Shown piece after piece: positions 9,482 to 20,408 of a stretch of DNA of 64,000 bases. The stretch comes from Nitrospirota bacterium (GTDB taxonomy: Bacteria; Nitrospirota; Thermodesulfovibrionia; Thermodesulfovibrionales; JdFR-86). Position numbers and translations under genes: made by a program. Positions within the stretch are counted from its first letter, which is position 1; each line of letters begins with the position of its first letter. The stretch is taken from NCBI GenBank assembly GCA_963721805.1, contig CAVRJY010000004.1, forward strand, positions 256,001 through 320,000, in the 5' to 3' direction. The notes beneath the pieces are model-generated. The model worked only from the letters and a program-made list of their open reading frames with translations, ran no database searches and had not been told where the DNA came from.

Positions 9482-10847
9482 CGCCGAGCTCACGAAGGAG
9501 TTCCTCGCCCGCTGTGTATATGTTCCCGGCCCCGAGCGTCAGCACCACGTCGCCGGACTTCACTATGCCCAGCGCGATGCGCGCTGCCTCGTGCGGGTCC
9601 TTTGCATGATATGTCCCGGCGCCGGACTTGATCTTCCTGATAAGCGCCTCGGCCGTGACGCCCTCTATCGGGCGCTCGCCGGCCGGGTATATGTCGGTGC
9701 ATATGAGCACGTCGGCCGCGCCCTCGAACGCCGAGGCGAACTCGTCCATCAAATCGCGTGTGCGCGTGTAGCGGTGGGGCTGGAATATCACGACCAGCCT
9801 GCGATGGCCGAGCGCGTCCTTGGCCGCCCCGAGCGTGGCCCTGATCTCTGTGGGGTGGTGGCCGTAATCGTCATATACCATGATGCCTTTGGCCTCGCCC
9901 TTGAACTCGAAACGCCGCTGTATGCCCTCAAACCCGGCAAGCGCCTCTTTGATGCGCTCGGCGGGGATTTGAAGCTCGAGCGCGACCGCTATCCCGGCCA
10001 GCGCGTTACGGACGTTGTGCTCCCCGCTGGCAGGGATGCGGAACATACCGAGCTTAACTCCCTTGAACTCGACATCGAAATCCACGCACATAAAACCCTT
10101 CTTCAGGCTGGAGGCGCGGAGGTCCGCGTCGGCCGAGAGCCCGTACGTCAATACCTTGCGGTGCACCATAGGCAGGAGCTCGCGGACGTTCGGGTCGTCT
10201 ATGCAGAGCACCGATACGCCATAGAACGGGACCTTGTTCATGAACTCCAGAAACGCGGCCTTGAGCGCCTCCATCGTCTTGAAGTGCTCCATGTGCTCGC
10301 GGTCTATGTTGGTGACCACGCCTATCGTCGGGCTCAATTTCAGAAAAGACCCGTCCGACTCGTCAGCCTCCGCGACCATAAACTCGCCGCGGCCCAGGCG
10401 CGCGTTCGTGCCGAAGGCCTTCAGCCTCCCGCCTATCACGACAGTGGGATCAAAACCCGCCTTGGCAAGTATCGTTGCGACTATCGAAGTCGTGGTGGTC
10501 TTGCCGTGCGCGCCGGCCACGAGCACCGCGTATTTGAGCCTTCCGAGTTCAGCGAGCATCTCGGCGCGCGGGATGACCGGGATCTGCTGCCTGGTGGCCT
10601 CGACGACTTCCGGGTTGTCCTGCTTCACGGCCGATGAGATCACGACCACGTGCGCGCCGTTTACGTTCTCGGCGCGGTGGCCCTCGTATACCTTTACGCC
10701 GAGGCCGATCAGGCGCTCGGCGCTCTCGCCTATCTTCAGGTCCGATCCCGTGACCTCGTAGCCGAGGTTATATAGCACCTCGGCGATGCCGCTCATCCCG
10801 ATGCCGCCGATGCCTACGAAGTGTATGACCCTGTAGCGCTCAAACAT
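9474..10847 (-). CDS. murC: UDP-N-acetylmuramate--L-alanine ligase
   Basis: IHFVGIGGIGMSG, GAHGKTTT, EADESD, DDYGHHPTE. Confidence 0.98.
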   Translation of the reverse strand: MFERYRVIHFVGIGGIGMSGIAEVLYNLGYEVTGSDLKIGESAERLIGLGVKVYEGHRAENVNGAHVVVISSAVKQDNPEVVEATRQQIPVIPRAEMLAELGRLKYAVLVAGAHGKTTTTSIVATILAKAGFDPTVVIGGRLKAFGTNARLGRGEFMVAEADESDGSFLKLSPTIGVVTNIDREHMEHFKTMEALKAAFLEFMNKVPFYGVSVLCIDDPNVRELLPMVHRKVLTYGLSADADLRASSLKKGFMCVDFDVEFKGVKLGMFRIPASGEHNVRNALAGIAVALELQIPAERIKEALAGFEGIQRRFEFKGEAKGIMVYDDYGHHPTEIRATLGAAKDALGHRRLVVIFQPHRYTRTRDLMDEFASAFEGAADVLICTDIYPAGERPIEGVTAEALIRKIKSGAGTYHAKDPHEAARIALGIVKSGDVVLTLGAGNIYTAGEELLRELGDG

Positions 10848-11946
10848 TGCCGTGCCTCCCGCGGACTAAGGCCACGGCCATGTCGACTACGCGCGCGGCG
10901 GCATCCGGCCGGCCGAGGCTCTTCGCGTTTCGGACCATCTCGGCTCTCGCCTCCTCGCTCGATGCGATCTCGCGTATCACGGCCCCGAGCGACGGGCCGT
11001 CGAGGCGGGAGTCCCATATCACGCGGCAGGCCTCGGCCTCGAGGAGCTTTTTGGCGTTTAGCTCCTGATGCCCGCTCGCGTGCGGGTATGGCACGAGCAC
11101 CGAGGGCTTCCCGAGCGCGGTGAGCTCGGCGAGCGTCGAGGCCCCGGCGCGCGCCACCACGAGGTCGGCCACGGCGTATGCCTCGGCCATTTTATATATG
11201 AAGGGGGCGACCATCGCCTTAAACCCGAACTGCCTGTATGCGGAGCGGACCATGTTGTAGTCAGCCTCCCCGCTTTGGTGCAGAAACTGTATGTCGTCTT
11301 TGAGGTCCGCAAGCGTCCCGAGCGCCCCGGCTATCGCGGCGTTGATGCTGCGCGCCCCGAGGCTCCCGCCCATGATGAACACCGTAAAGCGGCCCTCGGC
11401 GAGCTCGAACAGCCTGAGGGCGGCATCGCGCCTTCCCTTGAGTATCGCCTGTCTGACCGGGTTGCCGGTCAGCCGCGTCCTGTCGCGCCTGAAGAACCCG
11501 GCGCTGTCGTGGTACGTGATAGCGACCCCTGAGGCCAGCCGCCCGAGGAACCTGTTGGCCAATCCGGGCATCAGGTTTTGCTCCATTATCAGTGTCGGGA
11601 TCGCCATGCTCCATGCGGCCACGACCGGAGGGACCGAGACATAACCGCCAGTACCCAGCACGATATCGGGTCTGACGTTGCGGAGTATTTCCCTCGCGCC
11701 GAAGACCGAGAGCCCGACGCCCAACATGGCCGAGAGCTTCCCGGCCAGCGAGCGGCCGAGCACGCCCTCGGCGCGGATGAACTGTATCGGGAAGCCCTCG
11801 CGCGGGATAACGCGCGCCTCGATCCCCCGCTCGGTGCCGATGAACATGACCTCGCCCTCGGGGTCGCGCCGCTTGAGCTCCTCGGCAACCGCGAGGCCGG
11901 GGAATATATGGCCGCCGGTGCCTCCACCGGCGATCACCATCCTCAT
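10840..11946 (-). CDS. murG: MurG N-acetylglucosaminyl transferase
   Basis: GGGTGGH, GGYVS, EQN, GGSLGA, HQELNA. Confidence 0.97.
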   Translation of the reverse strand: MRMVIAGGGTGGHIFPGLAVAEELKRRDPEGEVMFIGTERGIEARVIPREGFPIQFIRAEGVLGRSLAGKLSAMLGVGLSVFGAREILRNVRPDIVLGTGGYVSVPPVVAAWSMAIPTLIMEQNLMPGLANRFLGRLASGVAITYHDSAGFFRRDRTRLTGNPVRQAILKGRRDAALRLFELAEGRFTVFIMGGSLGARSINAAIAGALGTLADLKDDIQFLHQSGEADYNMVRSAYRQFGFKAMVAPFIYKMAEAYAVADLVVARAGASTLAELTALGKPSVLVPYPHASGHQELNAKKLLEAEACRVIWDSRLDGPSLGAVIREIASSEEARAEMVRNAKSLGRPDAAARVVDMAVALVRGRHGNV

Positions 11947-13127
11947 GGCGCCTCCCTGTATATCGAACGCCGGGCCTTCTTGCGCCGAAGCGCCATCACC
12001 GCGTCCGTCGAAGGGTCCTGTCCGAAAGGCATGTGCCTCGGCCTCGAGAGGTTCAGCAGGATGCCTACCGCCGCCATGTTGACGAGCAGCGACGAGCCGC
12101 CGTAGCTCAAAAATGGAAGCGGGAGCCCCTTGGTAGGGAGCATCCCGGTAACGACGCAGAAGTTTAGCATCGCCTGAAGCCCGACCATGATCGAGATGCC
12201 GAATGCCAGGTAGTGGCTGAATTTCTCCTCATTGCGCTGCGCCACGCGTATGCCCCTGATAAACAGGAACGCGAACAGGCCTACAACGATCACCGCGATC
12301 ACAAAACCGAGTTCCTCGCCCACGACCGAGAAGATGAAGTCCGTGTGCGCCTCGGGCAGGAAATCGAGCTTCTGGCGGCTCTTGCCCAGACCCACCCCGG
12401 CGAGCCCGCCGCTTCCAAGCGCGATGAAAGACTGCACTAACTGGAAGCCGCTCCCCGAGGCCTGCTCCCACGGGTTTAAAAACGTGGTCATGCGCTTGAG
12501 CCTGTAGGGCTCCATCGCGAGGTAGACGACCGCCGGGATAGCTAGCGTCATCAGGTATCCTATGTAGCGGAGCCTCACCCCGGCCAGAAACAGCATCGCT
12601 ATCGTGATGAAACCGAGGCTCATCGTCGCGCCGAAGTCCGGCTGTCTTATGCACACCGCCTGAAACAGGGCCATCACGCCTATAGGCACCAGGAAGCTCT
12701 TTAAGCTCTCCGGGTTGAACTTCGGCGACGAGAGGTACTTGGCAAGGAATATCACCATCGCGAGCTTTGCGAACTCCGAGGGCTGAAAGGTCGTCACGCG
12801 CAGGTTCAGCCACCGCCGCGCACCGTTCGCCTTCACCCCGATGCCGGGCACGAAGACCAGCGCGAGCAGGATGAACGCCACGACCATCAGCGCTGTGGAG
12901 TTCTTCCGGAACCACTCGGGCTCGACCCTGTAGAGCCCCATCATTATAAGCGCGCCCATAGCCATCGTGATCAGGTGCTTTTTGAAGTAGTAAAACTCGG
13001 TGATGTTCCTCTTTTGGAAGACCGGGGTCACGACCGAGGTCGAACTCAGGACCATGAGCGTGCCGAAGCCGATGAGGATCAGCGTCACGATCAGCAGCCA
13101 CCTGTCATACCTGTTTATCTGGATCAC
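11943..13127 (-). CDS. ftsW: Peptidoglycan polymerase FtsW (SEDS)
   Basis: GARRW, QPSEFAK, QPDFG, LPEAHTDFIF, LPFLSYGGSS; GTG 13127 overlaps murD stop. Confidence 0.96.
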   Translation of the reverse strand: MIQINRYDRWLLIVTLILIGFGTLMVLSSTSVVTPVFQKRNITEFYYFKKHLITMAMGALIMMGLYRVEPEWFRKNSTALMVVAFILLALVFVPGIGVKANGARRWLNLRVTTFQPSEFAKLAMVIFLAKYLSSPKFNPESLKSFLVPIGVMALFQAVCIRQPDFGATMSLGFITIAMLFLAGVRLRYIGYLMTLAIPAVVYLAMEPYRLKRMTTFLNPWEQASGSGFQLVQSFIALGSGGLAGVGLGKSRQKLDFLPEAHTDFIFSVVGEELGFVIAVIVVGLFAFLFIRGIRVAQRNEEKFSHYLAFGISIMVGLQAMLNFCVVTGMLPTKGLPLPFLSYGGSSLLVNMAAVGILLNLSRPRHMPFGQDPSTDAVMALRRKKARRSIYREAP

Positions 13128-14474
13128 AGCGCACCCACTATCCGCTTGAACTGCCGCCCACGGTCCTCGAAGTCCCGGAACATGTCGAAGCTCGCGCACG
13201 CGGGCGAGAGGAGCACCACGTCGCCGGGGCTGGCCATCGAGCGGGCCAAGGCTACCGCCTCATCGAGCGCCCCTGCATCGACGCACTTCGTCTTGCCCTC
13301 AAACGCGCGCCGGAGCTTCCCCTTCGCCTCGCCGATCAGTATGATCGCTTTTAATCTCTTGCCCACTGAACGGGCGAACGCATCGAAGTCACCTGCCTTG
13401 TCGCGGCCCCCGGCAATCAAGATCACCGGCTCCTTAAAGCCCTCGACGGACTTGATCGCGGCATCGACGTTAGTGCCCTTTGAGTCGTTTATATACCGGA
13501 CGCCGCCTACCTCGCGCACGAACTCCATGCGGTGCTCAAGGCCGGCAAAGGTGCGGAGCACCGAGGCTATCGCGTCGGGCTTCACCCCTGCCGCGCACGC
13601 CATAGCAGAGGCTGCCATCGCGTTTTCCAGATTGTGGACGCCGGGGATCGCGATCTCGGAGGTATCGATCACGAGTCCCCGGCCGTCCATATCGAATGAC
13701 ACCGAGTCGCGCTCGGCAAACACGCCCTTGACAGCCCCCCTGCGGCTGAAGAAAAAGACCTTGCCGCGCATTGAAGCCTTGCGGGCGTCGTATAGCGCCA
13801 TCGACAGCGGGTCGTCCGCGTTTAGTACCGCGAAGTCCTCTGCCGTCTGATTCATAAACACGTTGAACTTCGTAGCACCGTAGGATTCGATAGATCCGTA
13901 GCGGTCGAGATGGTCGGGCGTCACGTTTAAAAGCGCGGCCCCATGCGCGCGGAACTTAGAGATGGCCTCGAGCTGGAAGCTCGAGACCTCGACGACCACG
14001 CATTGCGGTCTCGCATCCTCCCCGATCCTCACTATCTCCTCAGAGAGGGCGTTTCCGATATTCCCGGCGATCAGGCTGCGCATCCCGGCGGCTTCGAGCA
14101 TCAGGTGCAGGAGCGTAGTCGTAGTGGACTTCCCGTTCGTCCCGGCGACGGCGTAATAAGGCACCTCGGGCATCGCGCGGTATGCGAGTTCTAGCTCGCC
14201 TATGACCTCGACGCCCGCGTCGATAGCGGCCTGCACCGCAGAGAGCGAGACCGGCACTCCGGGGCTCAGCACCACGAGGTCAGCGCCGGTGAATGCCTCC
14301 ACCGGGTGCCTGCCAAGTATGAGCCCGACCCCTTCGGGGAGCTCCGCGAGCCTTGTCCCGAGCGCCTCTTCGGTCCTCATGTCCGTTACCGTAACCTCCA
14401 TGCCGATCTTCCTCAATAACTTCGCGGCCCCTACTGCCGCTCCTTGCGAGCCCCACGACCAGCGCGCCCGGCAT
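13124..14474 (-). CDS. murD: MurD ligase, with apparent +1 frameshift near 14435
   Basis: MPGALVVGLARSG from ATG 14474 continues as VGAAKLLRKIG after removing one base; GTNGKSTT, DSKGTN, SPACASFD. Confidence 0.93.
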
Positions 14475-14475
14475 A

Positions 14476-15558
14476 TCAGCGCACCTTGAGCGTGGCGAGG
14501 CTCAGGAGCGCCAGCAGTATGCCCACGACCCAGAACCTCACTACGACCTTGTTTTCGGGCCAGCCCAAGAGCTCGAAGTGATGGTGTATCGGGGCCATCC
14601 TGAATATCCGTTTGCCGGTGAGCTTAAACGACGCCACCTGAAGCACGACCGATAGCGTCTCTACAACGAATATCCCGCCCACGACCAGCAGGACGAGCTC
14701 GTGCTTGGTTATCACCGCGAGGGTGCCGAGCGCTCCGCCCAGCGAGAGCGAGCCCACGTCGCCCATGAATACCTCGGCCGGGTGGCAGTTAAACCACAGA
14801 AACCCGAGCGCCGCGCCGAACATCGCGCCGCATACCACGGTCAACTCTCCGGTGCCGATCAGGTATAGCACCTGCAGGTAGTCCGAGAGCCCCTTGTGGC
14901 CCGAGAGGTATACCAGCACCCCGTTTGCGAGCACGGCGACCGCGACTAGCCCTATTGCCAGCCCGTCGATGCCGTCGGTGAGGTTAACCGCGTTGGAGCT
15001 GCCGACGATCACGAAAATCGCAAACGGCAGGTAGAACCATCCTAGGTATATAAGCCAGTTTTTGAAAAATGGCACGCTCAGCATATCGACGTACTGGTCG
15101 TGCGGGTTCATATAAAGGAACAGGCCAATGCCGAGCGCGATCAATACCTGCCCCAGGAGCTTGGTGCGAGCGCTCAGGCCCCTGGAGTTGCGCTTGCTGA
15201 CCTTCAGGTAATCGTCCGCGAATCCGATAGCCCCGAACCCCAGCAGCGAGCCTAACATCACGAGGACATAGGCGTTAGAAAGGTCTCCCCACAAGAGCAC
15301 CGAGACCGTGATCGAGAGTATTATCATGATCCCGCCCATTGTAGGGGTGCCTTCCTTTGAGAGGTGGCGCTGCGGGCCGTCGTCGCGGATATGCTGCGTG
15401 AGGCTGAGGCTGCGGAGCCACTCGATGATAGCCGGGCCCCATATAAAACAGATCAGCACCGAGGTGAGCACCGCAAGCGCGGAGCGAAACGTGATGTATC
15501 GAAATACGTTAAAAGGCGAGTAAAAGGCGCTAAGGCTGAAGAGGAGTTTATAGAGCAT
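14476..15558 (-). CDS. mraY: Phospho-N-acetylmuramoyl-pentapeptide transferase
   Basis: TPTMGG, NAVNLTDGIDGL, FMGDVGS, MAPIHHHFE. Confidence 0.98.
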   Translation of the reverse strand: MLYKLLFSLSAFYSPFNVFRYITFRSALAVLTSVLICFIWGPAIIEWLRSLSLTQHIRDDGPQRHLSKEGTPTMGGIMIILSITVSVLLWGDLSNAYVLVMLGSLLGFGAIGFADDYLKVSKRNSRGLSARTKLLGQVLIALGIGLFLYMNPHDQYVDMLSVPFFKNWLIYLGWFYLPFAIFVIVGSSNAVNLTDGIDGLAIGLVAVAVLANGVLVYLSGHKGLSDYLQVLYLIGTGELTVVCGAMFGAALGFLWFNCHPAEVFMGDVGSLSLGGALGTLAVITKHELVLLVVGGIFVVETLSVVLQVASFKLTGKRIFRMAPIHHHFELLGWPENKVVVRFWVVGILLALLSLATLKVR

Positions 15559-16888
15559 CTATCGCTCCCTCCATCGCCATGCCGCGCGAGCCCTTCACCA
15601 GCACTACGTCTCCGGGCCGAAGCTCGCTTGAAAGCAGCGCGCGCGCCTCAATCGCGCTCGAGGTCCTAAGCGCGCGGCCGCCCTTTGCCTCGAACTCTGC
15701 CGCTGCATGCGCCATGCCCGGCCCCACGGCTATGAGGCAGTCTACCGCGCCCTGCATCCATGCGCCGAGCTCCGCGTGTATGCGGTCACTGTCCGGACCG
15801 AGCTCTAGCATGTCGCCAAGTACGGCGATAGCGCGGCGCTGCCTCATGCGCGCAAGCTCGGTTATCGCCTCGCGCATCGAGCCGGGATTGGCGTTATATA
15901 CGTCCGCCAGCAGCACCGCGCCGTGATACTCGCTTCGCTCAAACCTCATGGGCACGGCTTGGAAGCCCTCAAGGGAGCGGCCGATCTCGGCGGCTGAAAG
16001 CCCGAAGGCCACCCCAACGCCCGCAGCGGCAAGCGCATTTAGGACATTGAACCGTCCGGTGACGCCGAGCCTAACGGCTGCGGAGCCGCCGGCTGTTATG
16101 AGAGTGAAGGACGCGCCGGTATCTTTAAGCTCGATATCCCGCGCGCAGACATCGGCGTTTTGGGCCTCGATCCCGAAGCCGATCGCTCGGCCCTTGTATG
16201 AGCGCGCCCCTTCGATCAGGAACGCGTCGTCCGCGTTGAGCACGGCCACCGGCACGAAGTCCAGCAGTTCGAGCTTTCCGGCGCGGACGCCATCGATGCC
16301 GCCGAAACCCTGGAGGTGCGCCTGGCCTATGTTCGTAATCACCCCGACGTCCGGGAGCGCTATCTCGCAAAGTCCGCGTATCTCGCCAATCGCGCTCGCG
16401 CCCATCTCGAGCACCGAAACCTCGTCCGCTGGCTCGAGCTTGAGCATGCTTTGAGGCAGGCCGATCTGGTTATTGAGGTTACCGGCGTTCTTGTGCACCC
16501 GCATCCTCGATGAAAGTATCGCTGCTGTCATTTCTTTAGTGGTGGTCTTGCCGTTTGAGCCGGTGATGCCGACGACCTTCATGCCCAGCTTCCTGCGCAT
16601 ATGTCGGGCGAGCGTCTGAAGCGCCCTAAGCGTATCGGGGACAAGGATGACAGCCCTGCCTGCGGGGGGCGCGACCGGCGGGACCGAGACCACGGCGCCA
16701 GCGCCAATGTGCAGCGCCGCGGCCACGAAATCATGGCCATCGAAACGGGGGCCGCGCAGGGCGAAGTACAGCTCACCGGGCGCGATAGTGCGCGAGTCGG
16801 TAGAGTACCCGTTCACCGGGCCATCGGCCCTGCCGTGTATGATGCGGCCGCCTATGGCCGCAGCTATCTCTTTTATCGTGAGTTCCAT
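15548..16888 (-). CDS. murF: MurF ligase
   Basis: TDSR, GSNGKTTTK, NNQIG, YNANP, GDMLELG, KGSRG. Confidence 0.97.
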   Translation of the reverse strand: MELTIKEIAAAIGGRIIHGRADGPVNGYSTDSRTIAPGELYFALRGPRFDGHDFVAAALHIGAGAVVSVPPVAPPAGRAVILVPDTLRALQTLARHMRRKLGMKVVGITGSNGKTTTKEMTAAILSSRMRVHKNAGNLNNQIGLPQSMLKLEPADEVSVLEMGASAIGEIRGLCEIALPDVGVITNIGQAHLQGFGGIDGVRAGKLELLDFVPVAVLNADDAFLIEGARSYKGRAIGFGIEAQNADVCARDIELKDTGASFTLITAGGSAAVRLGVTGRFNVLNALAAAGVGVAFGLSAAEIGRSLEGFQAVPMRFERSEYHGAVLLADVYNANPGSMREAITELARMRQRRAIAVLGDMLELGPDSDRIHAELGAWMQGAVDCLIAVGPGMAHAAAEFEAKGGRALRTSSAIEARALLSSELRPGDVVLVKGSRGMAMEGAIDAL

Positions 16889-16889
16889 A

Positions 16890-18348
16890 TTATCTTCGGT
16901 TGCCCGTTATTTCCTCTAGTGCCAGGCGCGCGGCCGCGCGGTCGCTAAACGGATGACGAACGCCCTTGATCTCCTGGTATTCCTCGTGGCCCTTGCCCGC
17001 GATCACTACCGAGTCCCCGGGGGCTGCCATTGCAATCGCCTCGCGGATCGCCTCGCCACGGTCCGGGATTGTCTTGTAGGTCGAGCCCGCGGCTACGCCC
17101 TCGACGATCTGGGCGATAATCGAGGCCGGCTCTTCGGAGCGAGGGTTGTCCGAGGTGATGATCGTTATGTCGCTGAGGCTCGTTGCGACAGCGCCCATGC
17201 GCGGACGCTTAGTGCGGTCGCGGTCCCCGCCGCAGCCGAATACCGTGATTACGCGGCTTGCGGTTATCTCCCGAACCGTGCGTATAAGCCGCTCGAGCGC
17301 ATCCTCGGTATGCGCGTAGTCCACGACGCAGAGGAACTCCTGCCCGGCCTCTACGCGCTCGAACCTCCCGGCCACCTGCGGCATTTGCTCAAGCCCGGAG
17401 GCTGCCTCATCGAGAGTCATCCCGAGCCCGCTCGCCGCGCCTGCCGCGGCGAGCGCGTTATAGACGTTCACGATGCCGGGTATCGGTACCCTTACGGATT
17501 TCTCTATTCCTTTATAGCGGAGCATCATGGACGAGCCTCGCGCGTCCATGCGCAGGTCCGATACGGTCAGATCGGCCGGCCCGTTTATCCCATATGAAAC
17601 GACATTGCCTTTATTAATCAGCAGACCCGCGAGCCTGGGCCCGTAAGGGTCGTCTGTATTGATGACCGCCGTGCCAGTCAGCAGTTCCGTAAAGAGCCGG
17701 GCCTTGGCAGCGAAGTACTCTTCCATAGTATGGTGGTAGTCGAGGTGCTCGGGGGTGAGGTTCGTAAATACCGCGACACTTAAACTCGGTGCCCTCGACC
17801 CGGGACTGCATCAGCGCGTGCGAGGAGACCTCGGTTACGGCGTGCGTGCATCCCGCATCCCGCATCCTCGCAAGCAGGCCCTGGAACTCGGGGGCCTCCG
17901 GGGTGGTGTGCGGCGCGGGTATGACCTCGCCGCATATATCGTATTCAATCGTGCCGATGAGCCCGGCCGAGCTTCCGGCGTGGTCGATGATAGACTTGAT
18001 CATCCGCGTGGTCGTCGTCTTGCCGTTCGTGCCGGTGACGCCGACGACCTTTAAGGCGCGTGACGGATAGCCGTAAAACGTGTTTGATATCCTCGCCATC
18101 GCGTGGCGCGAGGACTCGACAGAGACGTCCGGCACGCTCAGGGCCATCTGCCCCTCGTGCACCACGGCCGCCGCGCCCCTGGCTATCGCGTCTTCGATGA
18201 ATGCGTGGCCGTCGTACGCGCCGCCGCGCAGCGCGATGAACAGGTCGCCCTGCCTCACCCTGCGCGAGTCGTACGCTATGCCAAGCACCTCGGTATCCAT
18301 AATACCCCCACTCACGCCCGCTGCCTCTGCGAGCAGCCCGAGCCTCAT
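16890..18348 (-). CDS. murE: MurE ligase, with apparent +1 frameshift near 17779
   Basis: ORFs 17614-18348 (GTNGKTT, EVSSH) and 16890-17726 (DYAHT, DNPR, AGKGHE) join via VAVFTNLTPEHLDYH once one base is removed; DNPR suggests meso-DAP specificity. Confidence 0.93.
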
Positions 18349-20075
18349 TGCCCGGCCGCGGCCGCGGCGGGCCTTCCCTGAACCATCAGCGTGTTGTTTT
18401 TGAAGTCGTCGTCGCGCGGCACGTTTAGGTATGAAAGCGTCTGGTCCGCGATGCTCTTAAAGGTCGGGGCCGCGACGAGGCCGCCGTATATCCTGCCCTT
18501 GGGCTCGAAGACCACGACGATCAGGGCGATCTTCGGGTCGCTGACCGGCACGAAACCGACGAACGAGCCCACGTACTTGTTTTCGGAATAGCGGTGCAGC
18601 TTCGTATCAAAGAGCTTGGCGGTGCCGGTCTTCCCAGCGACGTCGTTGCCGTCGATCTCGGCGCCCTCGGCCGTGCCGCCCTTCTGCGTGACCGACGTCA
18701 GGATCTGCTTCATCGTGGCCGCGGTGCGCGCCGAGATGACGCGCTTCAGCTCGCCCTGTGCGAACTTGTACTGCTCGATGCCGTCCTGCGACACTATCGA
18801 GTCCACGACGTGGGGCTTGACGAGGTATCCCCCGTTGGCCACGACAGAGTACGCCCTGAGGATCTGCAGAGGCGTCACGGAGATGCCGTAGCCTATGCTC
18901 GATGAGGCGAGCGAGACGTCGGACCAGTTTTTAAGCGGCAGCACCAGGCCGCCGCTCTCGGCCGGGAGGTCCACGCCGGTCGGTGAGCCGAAGCCGTAGG
19001 CCTTGATGTATTTATAAAGCCTCTGCTTGCCGACCTTCATCCCTATCTGTATCGTGCCGACGTTTGAGGACTTCTGAATGATCTGGCTAACGGACATGTA
19101 GCCCATGCGGTGTACGTCCTTAATCGTGTGGCCGCCTACCGTGATAGAGCCTCGCGAGCAGTCGAAGTGCGTATCGGGCGTCACTACGCCCTCCTCCAGC
19201 GCGCACGAGCTCGTTACGACCTTGAAGGTCGAGCCCGGCTCGTAGGGGTCCGTCAGCGCGCGGTTGCGCCTGTTGTCCGCGTCCGTTTTCCCGGGAGCGT
19301 TGAGGTCGAACTCAGGGTCGTTGGCCAGCGCCAGGATCTCGCCCGTCATGGGGTCCATCATCACGGCCGAGACCGATGCGGCCTGCCAGGTCTCGCGCGC
19401 CTTCTTGATCTCGGTCTGGGCGATGTATTGGAGGCCCTCGTCTATCGTGAGGTGCACGTCGCTTCCGACGCTCTCGTACTCCACGCCGTCGGAGAGCGTA
19501 TTGCCGCCAGAGTCGCGCGCGACCTCGACCTTCTCGGCATGCCCGGCGAGGTACTTGTCATACCTGTGCTCGATGCCCTCGACACCCTTGTTGTCATACC
19601 CGACGAAACCTATGACGTGCGAGGCGAGCTCGCCCTTGGGGTATACCCTCTCGTGCTCGGTGATCATCCCGAGCCACGGGTCGCGCTTGGTGTCGACGGT
19701 AGCCGCGAAGGCCGGGGGGAGTTTTCTCTTTAGCCATACGAAGCCGCGCTCGGAGCGGAGTTTCTTTGCGGCCTCATCCGTGCTGAGGCCGGTGAGCCGC
19801 GCTATCTCGGACGCGGCGCGGTCGTGGTCCTGTGGGTCTATCTGCATCGGGTTGGCGAAGAGGGATACGACGTCGACGTTCACGGCGAGTTCGCGGCCCA
19901 TGCGGTCCAGTATCTTGCCCCTCATGGGGTCGATCTGCTGCTCGGCGTTCTGCTGGCCCTCGGCGCGGCGCATCAGGCCCTGGTGCTCAAGCAGCATCAA
20001 GTCCCCGAGCCTGAGCACGACGAGCGCGAAGCCGCACAGGATGCCGGCCACGAGGATCGATGCGCGCAGGCTCAT
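18345..20075 (-). CDS. ftsI: Division transpeptidase FtsI / PBP3
   Basis: RGKILDR, EPGSTFK (SxxK), SSN, KTGTA. Confidence 0.96.
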   Translation of the reverse strand: MSLRASILVAGILCGFALVVLRLGDLMLLEHQGLMRRAEGQQNAEQQIDPMRGKILDRMGRELAVNVDVVSLFANPMQIDPQDHDRAASEIARLTGLSTDEAAKKLRSERGFVWLKRKLPPAFAATVDTKRDPWLGMITEHERVYPKGELASHVIGFVGYDNKGVEGIEHRYDKYLAGHAEKVEVARDSGGNTLSDGVEYESVGSDVHLTIDEGLQYIAQTEIKKARETWQAASVSAVMMDPMTGEILALANDPEFDLNAPGKTDADNRRNRALTDPYEPGSTFKVVTSSCALEEGVVTPDTHFDCSRGSITVGGHTIKDVHRMGYMSVSQIIQKSSNVGTIQIGMKVGKQRLYKYIKAYGFGSPTGVDLPAESGGLVLPLKNWSDVSLASSSIGYGISVTPLQILRAYSVVANGGYLVKPHVVDSIVSQDGIEQYKFAQGELKRVISARTAATMKQILTSVTQKGGTAEGAEIDGNDVAGKTGTAKLFDTKLHRYSENKYVGSFVGFVPVSDPKIALIVVVFEPKGRIYGGLVAAPTFKSIADQTLSYLNVPRDDDFKNNTLMVQGRPAAAAAGQ

Positions 20076-20081
20076 CAGGCG

Positions 20082-20408
20082 CTAGTTTCGCCTTCTGAAG
20101 GATGCGGCCTGAGGCACGGCCGATGTATCGCGCTTTACGATGAAGACCTTGCGCCTGTCAGGGTCGGTCAGCGCCAGCTGGTTTTCGTCGACGCGCGAGC
20201 GGGCCTTCAGGGACGAGAGGTCGGCCTCCAGCCCCTTTTGCTCAGTGAGTGCGGCCACCCGCTGGTGCTCGAGCGCGCCGATGCGGTATTCCATCGACGT
20301 GACGTTGGAGCGCAGCATGATGAGCCCTATGACCGCGGCCGGCAGCACCGCGCAGCCCAGAAACGCGTTAAGGTACGGCACGAGCCTGTTGCGCACCGGA
20401 TGATTCAT
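20082..20408 (-). CDS. ftsL: Probable cell division protein FtsL
   Basis: Small TM + coiled-coil protein between rsmH and ftsI. Confidence 0.75.
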   Translation of the reverse strand: MNHPVRNRLVPYLNAFLGCAVLPAAVIGLIMLRSNVTSMEYRIGALEHQRVAALTEQKGLEADLSSLKARSRVDENQLALTDPDRRKVFIVKRDTSAVPQAASFRRRN